Source of the DNA: the human T2T-CHM13v2.0 reference genome, Homo sapiens
DNA: 64,000 nt
Strand: one strand, 5' to 3'
Assembly (NCBI RefSeq): GCF_009914755.1
Contig: NC_060926.1
Part shown: piece by piece, positions 27,460-42,064 of the stretch
How the letters are laid out: the number at the start of each line of letters is the position of its first letter
How positions within the stretch are numbered: position 1 is the stretch's first letter
The notes under the pieces: generated by a model
Database searches by the model: none
Told to the model about the DNA's origin: nothing
What the model saw: the letters and a program-made list of their open reading frames with translations, nothing else
Program-made: the position numbers and the translations under genes

Positions 27460-27690
27460 ACTTTTATTAAGGGCATACTGTATGTCAGTCTCTGTTCAAA
27501 GTTTTCAAATTTAACTTTCTAAATTCACCAACAACCCCATGAAATAGGTATCATCATTATTTTTGTCTTACTGATTAGAAAAAATGAGGAACAGAGAGGT
27601 CAGTAATCCTTCTCTATAACACACAGCCAGAAGAATACAAACCAGTCTAAATTCATAAAATGTGCTGTTAAACACTATACCATACTGTCT
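27460..27690 (-). mobile_element. MIR
   Basis: caaccccatgaaataggtatcatcatt...aatgaggaacagagagg. Confidence 0.7.
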
Positions 27691-27709
27691 TTCAACACAA
27701 GGTAACATG

Positions 27710-28005
27710 CAGTTATGCATCAACTGACAACAATATATTCTGAGAAATGCATTGTTAGGCAATCGTCCTTGTGTGAATATCATAGAGCATACTCACACAA
27801 AACTAGATGGTATAGTGTACTGCACACCTAGGTTGTATGGTATAGCCTATTGCTCCTAGGCTATAAACCTGTACAGCCTGTTCCTCTACTGAATACTGTA
27901 GGCAATTATAACACAATGATAGGTATTTGTCTATCTAAACATAAACATAGAAATGGCACAGTAAAAATATATTATAATCTTATGGGACCACCATCATACA
28001 TGCAG
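27710..28005 (-). mobile_element. Tigger3a (Golem/MER7A) MITE
   Basis: ttctgagaaatgcattgttaggcaat...cacacctaggttgtatggtatagcc...ataatcttatgggaccacc. Confidence 0.85.
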
Positions 28006-28009
28006 TAGG

Positions 28010-28382
28010 CAGGATTCATGTCTGCCATTGTGCTATTTGTTTTCTATATGTCTTATATCTTCGTTGTTCCAATGTTTCTCTATTTTTGCCTTTTTTGGTA
28101 TTATACAGAGGATTTATATTTCATTGAGTCCCCTTGTTTCTTTTACTATATATATTTTTAGTTATTTTCTAGGTGATTGCTATGGTGGTTATAATTAAAA
28201 TCCCAACTTAAAACAATCTAGCTCAGTTTAACATCAACTTTATTTCAATAATATATAAAATGTTTGCTCAAATATAGCTCAATTTCCTCCTCACTTGTGC
28301 TACTAATTTTATACCCGCTATATCTTTAACATTTAGGCTTATAAACTAGTGTTTATAATTGCCTTCTTCTGTTGTGTTTTAA
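28010..28382 (-). mobile_element. Old L1M (L1MC/D-like) fragment
   Basis: tctgccattgtgctatttgttttctatatgtcttat antisense L1M sequence. Confidence 0.6.
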
Positions 28383-28743
28383 ATTTAACATATTTTTATA
28401 TTTAACAAATTTTAAATGTACAATACAGTAATGTTAACTATATGTATAATATTGTACAGCAAATCTCTAAAACTCATTCATTATGCATAAATGAAACCTT
28501 ATATCTTTAAATAGCAACTTCCAATTTTCCCTCCCCGCCAGCCACTGGCAACCACCATTCTACTCTCTGCTTCTACAAGTTTAACTATTTTAGGTTTCAC
28601 ATATGTGAGATCATACAGTATTTATCTTTCTGTAAATGGCTTATTTCCCTTAGCATAATGTCCTCTAGGTCCAACCATGTTGTCACATAATGCAGGATTT
28701 CTCTATTTTTTAAGGCTGAGTAATATTTCATTGTATGTACAGA

Positions 28744-29152
<409 letters not shown>

Positions 29153-29161
29153 CAGATCATG

Positions 29162-29460
<299 letters not shown>

Positions 29461-31366
29461 CATCCAGATCATCTTTTCTTTATCCATTTATGTCTAGTGG
29501 TGATGACCTCCCCCAGATTTTGTTTGGGAAAGTATCTCTTTCATTTTGAAGGACAGTTGGTTGGCAGTTTTTTCTTTCAGCATTTGAAAAATATCATTTC
29601 ACTCTTTTCTGGCTTGCAAAGTTTTGCAAGAAATCCACTAATAGTCTTACTGATATTTCCTTATATGTGACAAATCATTTTTTATTTGCTGGTTTCAGAA
29701 TTCTCTCTTTGTCTGACTTTCGACAATTTGATATAATGTGTCTTGGTGTGGATTTCTTTGGCTTCTTCTTATATAAGATATATTGGGCCTCCTGGATCTG
29801 GATGTACATTCCCCACCTCCCGCACATTTGGGGAATTTTCAGCTGTTATTTATTTAAACATAATCTTTCCCCCATACCTTTTACTTCTGGGTGTCCCTAA
29901 ATGCAAATATTGATCCACTAATGGTGTCCCATAAGCCCATTGAGATTTATTTATACTTTCAAATCCTTTTTTTCTTTTTGCTTCTCTGACTGGATAATTT
30001 CCAATAAGCTGTCTTCAGTCTCACTGATTTTTTTCTTCTGCTCGTTCTAGTCTGCTGTTGAACCCCCTCTAGTAAATTTTTTTATTAAGTTATTGTATAC
30101 TTTAGTTCCAAGATTTTTGATATTTAAAACTATTTTCTCTTTATTAAGATTTTTACTTTGTTCATGCATTGCTCTCATGATCTCTTTGAGCACCTTTATG
30201 GCCATTGTTTTGAATTCTCTATATGATGAATTGTATATTTCCATTTCATTGGGGTTGGTTTCAGAAGATTTATTTTGTTCCTTTTTTGGGGAAATATTTT
30301 TCTATTTCTTCATTTTCTTTGACACTTTGTGTTGTTATCTGCACATTAGATATATCTCTAATACATACTCTTTATGACTTCTCCCAGTCTTTATGAACTG
30401 GACTTGTATAGGAGAAGTCACCAATCAACCCAACCAGAGATCCTGGGGATGTTTGTATCTTCATGTTAGTTCAACTTGCTCTTTGTTCTTAGCATCTCCC
30501 AGGAGTCAAAGGTATGTTGGGTCCCATCAGTGTGTCCAGCCAAGTGAGACTGAAGTCAGTTCCTCAGACAGCTCCTGGAAAATTTGGGATGTTGGGTACG
30601 TAGACCATCTCCTTCTCTCTCCGGGAAAAAGTTGAGAGCTGAGATTTTTAATCCACTTACTATGTGCTGAGCCATGGGGAGGGAATATTATTACTGCTAG
30701 CTTGAGCCACCATCTCTAATCTCACTGGACCCTAGGTGGCTAGAGTATGCTGGATACATCAGTACTCCAAAATAGGTAATACAGAAGTAAGCCCTTTGTG
30801 CACCTGCTGGAAAAGTTGGAGCAATGGATGTGTGATCCAACTCTTTCTCCCTTCAGCGGAAAGCTGGGAGGTGTACCTTTTTGTTTGCTTGCTCTATGTG
30901 CCTGAGGATATAGGCTATGGTGATTGTCCTCTCAAACTACTATCTCTGATATCACCAGTCACCAGGCAGCTAGAGTATGTCAGTTCCTGTCAGCACTCCA
31001 AGAAACACAAGCCAAAGCCAGTCTTCTGAAGACTATGCAGGGAAGTTGCAGTGTTTGATGTATGGTCTCTTTCCCTTCTCAGAGTGAAGCAGGGATTTTG
31101 GGAGTTTTTTTCCTGATCATATTTTGCTCAGGAGAGCATAGGAATTATGGTGAGCAGCTATCTCAAATTTCCCTACTGGATTCAATGTGGCTGGTTTCAC
31201 ACTTGTTTAGGGCATGGGAGCCACTCAACCAGTTTCTGGATTTTTCACCAAAGAAATCTGTGTTTCATTATTGAACACACATTCCATGGTGTGTTCATGG
31301 GGGAAAGAGGACTCCAGGGCTTCCTATTTCATCATTTTTGCTGACATTCATGTAGTTGTCTTTTAA

Positions 31367-32320
31367 CTCAGACAGGAAAAAAAATACTTCTAAAACTCAT
31401 ATCTGCTGAAGGACTTGTATCCGAAATGTACAACAAACTCTTAAACTTGACAACATAAAAATAAAAAACCCAATTTTTTAAATAGGAAAATGTTCTGAAA
31501 AGACACCTCTCTGAAGAAGATATATAGATGGCAAGTAAGCATATGAAAAGATGTTCAACATTACTTGTTAATAGGGAAATAAAAATTAAAACCACAATGA
31601 TATACAATTCTACACCTATTAGAATGGCTAAAATCTAAGAAACATGATAATATCAATTGCATGTGAGGATGCAGAGCAATGGGAACTGTCTTTCATTGCT
31701 GGTGGGAGTGCAAAACGTTATAGCTGCTTTGCAAGAGAGTTGGCAGTTTTTACAAAGCTAAACTTTGTGTTGCCATATGATTTATCAATTGTGCTCCTAG
31801 CTATTTACCCTAATGATCTGAAAAACCTACATTCACACAAAAACCTGCATGTGGATGTTTATAGAAGCTTTATGATAATCACCAAAAACTGGAATCAATC
31901 AAGATCTCATTCAGTAGATGAGTGGATAACCAAACTGTGGTATATCCTATAATGGAATACTAGTCATTCCAAAAATGAATGAGCTATCAAGTCATGTAAA
32001 ATTATGATAAATACTTAAATGCATATTAAGTGCATGTTGCTAAGTAAAAAAGTACATATTGCTAAGTAAAAAAACAGTTTGAAAAGGATTCCATATATAT
32101 GGCATTCTAGAAAAGACAAAATTATGGAGACAAAATAAGCAAATCCATGGTTGCCAGGGGTGTGTGGAGTAGGCGGGATTAAATAGGTGAGGCATAGGAG
32201 ATTTGTTGAGATGGTGAAACTATTCTGTATGGTATTTTAATGGTGGACAAATAACACTATCCATTTGTCAGAATCCTTAGAACTTTATAACACAAGCAAT
32301 CACCTTAATGGGTGCAAAGT
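31367..32320 (+). mobile_element. L1MC/MD-type ORF2 end and 3'UTR
   Basis: catatgaaaagatgttcaaca, tgtgaggatgcagagcaatgggaact, gtagatgagtggataacc. Confidence 0.8.
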
Positions 32321-32329
32321 AACAGAGGC

Positions 32330-32720
32330 CTCTGGAACCTCAACTGTCAGGAAGAAATGTAGACAGACAGTTACTTAGTTGGAAGTGTGGGCCATCTTTT
32401 ATGGAAAAGGAAGAATAACTCAGAGTTCAAAGCCAGGAGCCAAGGGTCAAGCAAAGAACCATGAAAAACCACTCTTAGGCAGCAGAACAGGGGTCCATTA
32501 GAGGAATTAGTGACATATGTCCATTTAGGTTTCAGAATTGCTATGGAATAGTATCTGCTATATGTCTACTGTTCCATATTTTTGAAAATGACTATGTATT
32601 GACTCCTGTTAATTGAGCCTTGTGTAATCCCTTTCCCTCAAACCTGAGTCGACTCCATGATTCTCTTTTGATCAATAATATGCAACAGTAGAGATAAATC
32701 ATGAATCTGGCAGCTTGTAC
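32330..32720 (+). mobile_element. MLT1 internal and LTR fragments
   Basis: tttcagaattgctatgga and ccttgtgtaatccctttccc motifs. Confidence 0.4.
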
Positions 32721-34180
32721 CTGTCCCATAGCCCCAGCTGCCTATCAGTTATGACAATGAATATAGCACTGTTTAGTTCCACTCAACTGTTAAAAGGACT
32801 TTTGATGAAACATTGTGTCATTGCTCTAGAGAATAATAATTTTAGGTGAATCACTGATATTTATATTGTCTCATTTATTTTTTGTTTTAAAAAGCATCGT
32901 AAAAATTGTTTCAAAATTTTCTGTTTTATTTAATCTTAAATGAGACATCATTTACTTAAAAGTACAATTCAAGAGAAGGTTTGATTGAGTGACATTTGAT
33001 AGGAAGAAAGTTAGGTTGGTGTCTAGGTTTGAAATGAAGAAAATAGAACTGGAGGGAAGTGAATGCTGTTGCTGGGCAACGTGGGTTTGCTGTGGAGAAG
33101 CCATTTATTAATTGAATTTAATCTAACCTGAGAGTTGTTTATTCTTTGCTTCTTTTTTGTTTTACCCTTTTATTGAAACAGAAGAACTAGTCTCTCCAGT
33201 GAATGAAGAAATGAACTAGTATGTTAGGCTTGTGACTCCAGGATTTCAACCCATGGGTCTTTCAATAGAAATTCCATTCTGAATGGCATTAGTGCTTGAT
33301 TTTCAACTTGTGGTTATTCTGAGTCAAGGAGAGAGAAACAAGCTGCCCTACCAAATGTAGCAAAACTACATGTTAGTGGTCAGGATAATAAAGAGGCTCA
33401 CCATCCTCTCTCTGTCCACGAAAACTAATCAAGAACAAATAAAAAATAAGACAAAACAAAAACAAAACAACAAACAAACATAAACTCTCTAAAGCCTAAG
33501 ACATGACCAAGAAATAAGAATTTAGAGCATCCCAACACCTGAATCATAAAATCCCATAAAATCATAAAATCTTTAATCATTACTCCCAGGATTTCTTAAT
33601 GAATTTGGCATATAAAACAGTTTGTGATTTTGTTTTAAACTGGCTACATTATGCCTCTTCTGAGTATTCCTAAAAGTAGGAGTATCCTATCCATTATATA
33701 ATGATCTTTAAAAATACGCTCCTGGAGTTCCACAAAGTAGAACCACCTGGTGTGCTATCCCCAACCAAGACTTCAAGACTTACTGCTGTGGACCCCTTAA
33801 CTTTGACTGCTCAGCATTTGTTTCTCCTTTCGGTAACAGCACCTAGATTTTTTTTTTTTTTTTTTTCAGAACCAGCCCTCCTACACTCAGTCCATGTGGC
33901 TTGTTTTGAATAATGCCACACCAGCTTAAGGAATGGGCATAATACACTAGCCTGGTTAATCAGAGTTGTAATAATCGGTTCTGAAATTGTTAGGTGATTC
34001 AGAACCAATGAAAATTATAGCATTTGGACTTCTCTTAAAGCTCTCTTGAAAGTAGTATTTTCTTTTCCCTAGCATGGCATATTTGGTAGAATTCAAACCT
34101 GGAGCTCCTGGTGGCCATCTTTTTCGTCACTTATAGAGATCCTCCATAAGAAGAAAGCCAACACAGAGAGGTGCAGAGAG

Positions 34181-34540
34181 ATTCTTTCTTCGTTCCTCTT
34201 TCTTTCTTTCTTTCTTTTTCTTTTTAATAATTTCAACCTTTATTTTAGATTCAGGGGGTATCTGTGCTGACTTGTTACCTGAGTATATTGCATGATGCTG
34301 AAGTTTGGGTTATGATTTATCCCATCACCCAGATACTGAGCATAGTACTCAAATAGTTAGCTTTTCAACCCTTGTTTTCCTTCTTTCCTCCCCCCATAGT
34401 AGTCCTCAGTTTCTATTGTTTTCATCTTTGTGTCCACAAGCACCCAATGTTTAGCTCCCACTTATAAGTGAGAACATGTGGTATTTGGTTTTCTGTTTGT
34501 GTTAATTCACTTAGGATGACAGCCTCCAGCTGCATCTCTG
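34181..34540 (-). mobile_element. L1PA15/16-type 3' end
   Basis: ttttagattcagggggta...ttagctcccacttataagtgagaacatg...cctccagctgcatc. Confidence 0.88.
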
Positions 34541-34729
34541 TTGGAGAGTCAAATTACCTACAGTACCATCTAAATACTTGGAATCTGTCATTCCTGGAGC
34601 TGTGTTGACTCCCTTTTTTATTCATTTTGTAATTCGGAACATTTTCTTTTATTTTTAAGGGAGTTTGGGTTAGCTTTCTATCAATCGTAAACAAAGGAAA
34701 CCAGTCGAAAGTAGTCACCAAATCAGAGT

Positions 34730-35945
34730 TTCTTGTGTAGATTATATTGATTATCTATTACTTACATTACAAATGAACAATAAATTTCAGGCAGCATTTT
34801 GCTTACATATCTGCAGGTTGACAGGGACCATCTGATCTAAGCTAACTGGCTGGCAGCTGTGATGATTTGGCTGGGCTTTATCACCCACTGGGGTTGGGGG
34901 TGGAGGAGATGTGGCTGATTAAGGTTGGGTTTGGCTGGACTAACTTGGCTCTGCTCCAGTGTCCCATTCTTCTCCTGAGGCCTGCTTGCTAAACCAGGCA
35001 TGTTGTTCTTATGATAATATAACTGCCCAATGGGTTCATCTTGCCTGCTTCCTGGATAGAGCTGATTTATCAAGACAGGATAATTGCAATAGAGAAAGAG
35101 TTTAATTCACACAGCTGGCTGAACGGGGGACTGGAGTTTATTACTCAAATCAATCTCTCTGGAAATTAAGAGGCCAGGGTTTTTCAGGGATAGTTTGGCA
35201 AGCAAAGAAATGGGTGTTGCTGATGTTAGGGAATGCAATCACAGGGGCGTGGAGAACGGTCCTTGTGAACTGAGTCCACTTCTGGATGGGGGCCACAGAA
35301 CTAGTTGAGTCAAGTCTTGGGCCTGAATGGGGCTAGTCAGTCATCAGAAATGCAAAAACTTGAAAAGACATTTCAAAAGGCCAATCTTGGGTTCTACAAT
35401 AGTGATGTTATCTGCAGGAGTAATTGGGAGTAAGTTGCGAATCTTGTGACATCTGGGGTAATGCCTGGTAATCATTTGCGTCTACATCTTAGCAGAATTC
35501 CGGCTCCTCTCATTCTCCTAAACTGGTGATCTTTCATTAGTTTTACAAAGGTGGTTTAATTTTGGGGTAGAGCTGTTATCATTTAAACTATAAATTAAAT
35601 TTCTCTTACAGTTAGCTTGGCCCAAGCCCAGGAATGACCAAGGGCAGTTTGGAGTTTAAAGGCAAGATGAAGATTGGTTAGATCAGATCTCTTTCACTGT
35701 CATAATTTTCCCACTGTTATAATTTTTTGCAAAGGCAGTTTCAGTAATAGCAGAGGTGCCAGCGTGCAGACTTGATCACACAAGTGCTTTTCAAGCCTGT
35801 GCCTCTGCCGCATCTGGTAACATCCTATGAGCCAAAGCAGGCCAGGTCATGTGGCTCAAAAGAAATCAGGGAGTGGGGGAGTATGCCCCATTTACAGTGG
35901 AAAGGTGCCGCATACTTACATGGCAAAGGTGTGGAGGAAGAGGAG
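34730..35945 (-). mobile_element. Old MLT1 LTR split by LTR8
   Basis: MLT1-like antisense sequence at 34730-35017 and 35744-35945. Confidence 0.5.
35018..35743 (-). mobile_element. LTR8 (LTR8A-like) ERV1 solo LTR
   Basis: Minus strand begins TGAAACTGCCTTTGCAAAAAATTATAACAGTGGGAAAATTATGACAGTGAAAGAGATCTGATCTAACC. Confidence 0.88.
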
Positions 35946-36193
35946 AACCGAAATATTTATCTAATCTAGCGCTAAACAATGAGACTAGGAAATGTGACTT
36001 TTTAATCGTCACCCCAGGTGATTCTAGGCACGTTAAAGTTTGGGAAACACAGCTTAGAGCTGTAGTCCTCAATGCTAGCTAAATCATCTGGGGCTTAAAA
36101 CATTCTGTTGCTTATATCCCAATCTCCACCTCTCTCAAAGATATTTTGATTAATAGGACCTGGGAATTAGTATTTTAAAGAAAATGGTCCTAG

Positions 36194-36607
<414 letters not shown>

Positions 36608-36671
36608 TGAAATCAGAGGAAAGGCTGAATGGAAAACCAAACCTTATAAAAGCAGTACTTAAAGACTAGTC

Positions 36672-36943
36672 TACACTTTGGGAGGCCAAGGCAGGGGGAT
36701 CACCTGAGGTCGGGAGTTTGAGGCCAGCCTGGCCAACATGGAGAAACGCCGTCTCTACTAAAAATGCAAAATTAGCCGGGCGTGGTGGCGCGTGCCTGTA
36801 ACCCCAGCTATTCAGGAGGCTGAGGCAGGAGAATCGCTTGAACCCGGGAGGCGGAGTTGCGGTGAGCTGAGATCGCGCCATTGCACTCCAGCCTGGGCAA
36901 CAAGAGCAAAAACTCTGCCTCTAAAACAAAACAAACAAACAAA
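36672..36943 (+). mobile_element. 5'-truncated AluSp-like
   Basis: aacatggagaaac diagnostic; 11-bp TSD aaagactagtc (36661-36671, 36944-36954). Confidence 0.93.
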
Positions 36944-38243
36944 AAAGACTAGTCCATAAACCAGTCTTTATACAGTATCTCCTCTGTGCTGGGTGTTGTG
37001 CTTGGCACTGGAGAAACTGTGGCAGATACTACAGATGCAGACCTGGCTGAGTCCTGGAGAAGATGGATGATAAGTAAATATTTACAAGTGATTAATTAAA
37101 TAATCACAAGTATATGAAGTGTTGCGGAACACACGTACCTGTATATACTTGGGAATGAATGATAAAGAACTATTTTCACATGCAAACCAGAAATATCCAC
37201 GATGAAGATAGGAAAGGAGCAAAGGTAAGAAGGGAAATGTAAAATGGGAAAGTCAGAGTCATAGTTCTATTTTATAACTAGTCTCTTCTCTAGAATTTTC
37301 TTTGTGTGTCGTTGGTTCTTAGCCTGTCTTAAAATGAATGTATTCAGCAGGAGACATTTCTTAGAACTATTTTAACAAATGTGAGAGCTGGACCCTTAAA
37401 AATACCTGTGATTAGCTCACAGCTGGAATCTAGGAAGCCTGTCAAATTTAACTTCCTTGTTGATCCTAACTGACTCTAGCCCTCTAGAGAGTAAAAGCTT
37501 TTATATGGTGTAATGTCTGTCACGTGCACGGAATTATGCATAATTACCTAATTCTAAAACTAACTCTGTTGGAAGAGAGACCTGTTAAAAGTTATAATCT
37601 TTAAATCAGAGCTAGGATTGTAATTCATTCAGTCTGGCAAGCCTGCCATTTTGGGTTGACCCTCCACCAGGTAAGAATCCGAATATAGAGTCCACCAAAA
37701 GAGAATTCCTACTAGCAAAAATAGCTATTTTTTTCTTTTCTTTTTTTTTTTTTAGTTCTGGAAAAATGTATCTACCCTGACACCCTATTTTACAAAATTA
37801 TTATAATTATTTTATTGTTTCTCAATATTCAATAAAATCTATGATAAATTTGAATTCATTTAGAAATGAGTTTATTGGTATACTAATTCATTAGAGACAT
37901 TGTGATTTATTAATTGGCTTTTAAAATATTTTACCTGCTGTGAGCATTTAAAAATTATTTAAAAATTTAAAATGGAAATATGCCAATGATTTTTATTTTG
38001 CCTAATCAACAGTCAGAAAATATATAGAATGCCATTCAATAGCTGATCTAAACTTTAAATTACTTTTTATCACAATACTAATTATTTTTCCCTTATCTAA
38101 CCATAACCTGTTAAAAATTTTAACTTCATCTTTAGGCTGCTGCACTTATCAAATTAACATTCAAATTCAACACAGGTATTATATTTCTATTGTTTCATAG
38201 CAAATTATCACATATCTAGGGAATTAAAACAATACACATTCAT

Positions 38244-38546
38244 GGCCGGGCGCAGAGGCTTACGCCTGTAATCCCAACACTTTGGGAGGCCGAGGCAGGC
38301 AGATCACGAGGTCAGGAGATTGAGACCATCCTCGCTAACATGGTAAACCCCATCTCTACTAAAAATACAAAAAAATTAGCTGGGCATGGTGTCAGGTGAC
38401 TGTAGTGCCAACTACTCAGGAGGCTGAGGCAGGAGAATGGCATGAACCTGGGAGGCGGAGCTTGCAGTGAGCTGAGATTGTGCCACTGCACTCCAGACTG
38501 GGCGACAGAGCGAGACTCCATCTCAAAAACCAAACCACACAAAAAA
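38244..38546 (+). mobile_element. AluY
   Basis: gaatggcatgaacctgggaggcggagcttgcag; TSD aatacacattcat. Confidence 0.95.
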
Positions 38547-38976
38547 ATACACATTCATTATCTCGTAGTTTCTGAGAATCAGGAATCCAGTTATGGCTTC
38601 ACTGGGTTCTCTGCCTCAGGGCATCTCACAAGGCTGCAATCAAGGTGTTGCAGGAGGGCCTGGATTCTTATCTGGAGACTGAGCCCTCTTCCATGTTCAT
38701 GTGAAAGTATATATTTCCTTGCAGCTTTAAAACTCAGTGAAGTTTACGTCTTTTTAGAGGTCAGAAGGAGAGCATCTTTCTGACACTTCACCTTCTTTGA
38801 AAGGCTTTTCTGATTAGATCATACCCACCCAGGATAATCTGCCTTTTATTACTTGAAAATCAACTGATTACTAACCTAGTCATGGGAGTGAAATCCCATG
38901 TTCAGAGGTTCTACCTACACTCAAAGGGAGGGGATTATACTGGGTGAGGACAACAGTAGGTGGGAATCTTGGGGGC

Positions 38977-39534
38977 TGAATTAGTCAGGGTTTTCTAGAG
39001 GAACAGGACAAATAGGATAGATGTATATATGAAGGGGAGTTTATTGAAGAGCATTGACTCACACAACTACAAGGTGAAGTCCCACAATAGGCCATCTGCA
39101 AGCTGAGGAGCAAGGAAGCCAGTCGGAGTCCCAAAACCTCAGAAGTAGGGAAACTGACAGTGCAGCCTTTAGTCTGTAGCCAAAGACCCAAGAGCACTTG
39201 GCAAACCATTGGTGTAGGTCCAAGAGTCCAAAAGCTGAAGAACTTGGAGTCTGATGTTGAAGGCAGGAAACATCCAGCTTCCTGGATGTAGGAGAAAGAT
39301 GTAGGCCGGAAGACACAGTCAGTCTTGTCCTTCCACGTTCTTCTGCCTGCTTTCATTCTAGCCATGCTGGCAGCTGATTAGAATGTGCCCACCCAGATTG
39401 AGGGTGGGTCTACCTCTCCCAGTCCACTGACTTAAATGTTAATCTCCTTTGGCAATACCCTCACAGACACACCCAGGAATAATATTTTGCATCCTTCAAT
39501 CCAATCAAGTTGACACTCAGTATTAACCATCATG
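38977..39534 (-). mobile_element. MLT2A1-like ERVL solo LTR
   Basis: attagtcagggttttctagaggaacagg...caatccaatcaagttgacactcagtattaaccatc; 5-bp TSD ggggc. Confidence 0.9.
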
Positions 39535-39662
39535 GGGGCCTTCTTAAAATTCTGGCTATCACAAAGTGAAACTCAGTGTAACACAGTTCTAAAAGACCTT
39601 TGAAATAAACATGTTAAATTTTGACATTTTATTTATAAAATAAGAAATTCACAGTTAACATG

Positions 39663-42064
39663 TGTTGTGAACTAAATGTGTACCCCCAAATTCGTATGTT
39701 GAAACCCTAACCCCCAATGTGATGGTATTTGGAGATGGGGCCTTTGGGCAGTTATTAAAGTTAGATGAAATGATGATAAGTGTGGGGCCCCCATAATGGA
39801 ATTAGTGCCCTTATAAGTATTGGTTTATATTTACTTTATATTCACTTAAAAGAATTGGTTTATATTTACTGTATTAGTCCATTCTCACACTGCTATGGAG
39901 AAATACCTGAAACTGGGTAATTTATAAAGGAAAGAGGTTTAATTGACTCACAGTTCCAAATGGCTGGGGAGGCCTAAGGAAACTTACAATCATGGCAGAA
40001 GGGAAAGGGGAATCAGGCACCTTCACAGGGCAGCAGGACACAGTGAGTGCAAGCAGGGGAAATGCCAGATGCTTAGGAAACCATCAGATCTCATGAGACT
40101 CACTATCATGAGGACAGCATGGGGGAAACTGCTTCCATGATCTAATTACCTCCACCTGGACCTGCCCTTGAGCTGTGGAGATTATGGGGATTATAGGGGT
40201 TATAATTCAAGATGAGATTTTGGGTGGGGACACAGCCAAACCATATCATTCCACCCCTGGCCCCTCCCAAGTCTCGTGTCCTCACATTTCAAAACACATT
40301 TATGCCTTTTCAACAGTCCTCCAAAGACTTAACTCATTCTGGCATAAACCCGAAAGTCCAAGTCCAAAGTCTCAGCTGAGACAAAGCAAGTACCTTCTGC
40401 CTATGAGCCTGTAAAATCAAAAGCAAGTTAGTTACGTCTTAGATACAATGAGAACACAGACATTGGGTAAATACACTCATTCCAAATGGGAGAAATTGGC
40501 CAAAACAAAGGGGCTACAGGACCTATGCAAGTCCAAAATCCAATAGGGCATTCATTAAACCTTAATATTCCAAAATGATCTCCTTTGACTACATGTCTCC
40601 AGCATCCAGGTTATGCTGATGCAAGAGGTGGGTTCCCATGGCCTTGGGCAGCTCCACCCCTGTGGCTTTGCAGGGTACAGGTCCCCTCCTAGCTGCTTTC
40701 ATGGGCTGTTGTTTGGTGCCTGTGGCTTTTCCAGGCACATAGTGCAAGCTGTTGGTGGATCTACCATTCTGTGTTCTGGAGGATGGTGGCCCTCTTCTCA
40801 CATCTCTACTAGGCAGTGCCCTAGTGGGGACTCTGTGTGGGGGTTCGAACTTCACATTTTCCTTCCACACTGCCCTAGCAGAGGTTCTCCATGAGGGCTC
40901 TGCCCCTGCAGCAAACTTCTGCCTAGACATCCAGGCATTTTTATACATCCTCTGAAATCTAGGTAGAGGTTCCCAAACCTCAGTTTGTGACTTCTGTATA
41001 CCCATAGGCTCAACACCACATGGGAGATGCCAAGGCTTATGGCTTGCACCCTCTGAAGCCATGGCCTGAAATGTATCTTGGCCCCTTTTAACCATGGCTG
41101 GTGCTGAAGCAGCTAGGATGCAGGGCACCATGTCCTGAGACTGCATAGAGCAGGAAGCCCCTAGGCCCGGCCCAGGAAACAACTTTTCCCTCTTAGGCCT
41201 CTGGGCCTGTGATGGGAGGGGCAGCTGTGAATGTCTCTGACATGCCCTGGAGACATTGTCCCCCTTGTCTTGGTATTAACATTTGGCTCCTCAGTATTTA
41301 TGCAAATTTCTGCAGTTGACTTGAATTTCTCCCCAGAAAATGTTTTTTTTTTTTTTTTTTTTTTTTTTTTTCTATCACATCATCAGGCTGCAAATTTTCC
41401 AAACTTTATGCTCTGCTTCCTCTTGAATGCTTGGTTGCTTAGAAATTTATTCTGCCAGATACCCTAAATCATCTCTCATGTTCAAAGTCCTACAGATCTC
41501 TAGGACAGGGGCAAAATGCAATCAGTCTCTTTGCTAAAGCATAGCAAGAGTGACATTTACTCCAGTTCCCAACAAGTTTCTCATCTCCATCTGAGACCAC
41601 CTCAGCCTGGACCTCATTGTGCATATCACTCTCAGCATTTTGGTCAAAGCCATTCAACATGTCTCTAGGAAATTCCAAACTTTCCTACATCTTACTGTTT
41701 CCTGAGCCCTCCAAGTCTCTAGGAAGTCCCAAACTTTCCCACATTTTTCTATCTTCTTCTGAGCCTTCCAAACGGTTCCAACCTCTTTCTGTTGCCTAGT
41801 TCCAAAGTTGCTTCCACATTTTTGGGTATCTTTACAGCAGTGCCCCGTTACCTTGGTACTAATTCTTGCTCTCTCTCCACTGTGTGAAGACACAGACAGA
41901 AGGCAGCCATCTGCAGCCAGGGAGAGAGCCCTCACCAGCACCCAACCAGGCTGGCAACCTGATCTTGAAATTTCAGCCTCCAGAACTGTGAGAAAATAAG
42001 TTTCCATTGCTTAAGGCACCCAGTCTATGGTATTTTGTTTTGGCAGCCTGAGCTGACTAATACA
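39663..42064 (+). mobile_element. MLT1A-type MaLR LTR, split (39663-39817 and 41865-42064)
   Basis: aaattcgtatgttgaaaccctaacccccaatgtgatggtatt...attagtgcccttataag, resuming cttgctctctctcc...ctgagctgactaataca. Confidence 0.85.
39870..41864 (-). mobile_element. THE1D-like MaLR with a single LTR (39870-40248) and complete internal region (40249-41864)
   Basis: LTR tgtattagtcc...ccaaaccatatca; internal region homologous to 13807-15323; no second LTR. Confidence 0.9.

Larger units (their letters stand above)
38175..39563 (-). mobile_element. Old MLT1 LTR hosting an AluY and MLT2A1
   Basis: MLT1 antisense motifs (aaattatcaca...ttaaaacaa; cacaaggctgcaatcaaggtg; cttaaaattctggctatcaca) continue across both inserts. 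Confidence 0.7.

Noticed and set aside
41655-41772. ~55-bp tandem duplication in the THE1 internal region
   Set aside because: I recall this in other THE1D-type internal sequences, so it is probably a subfamily trait and not locus-specific (unverified).
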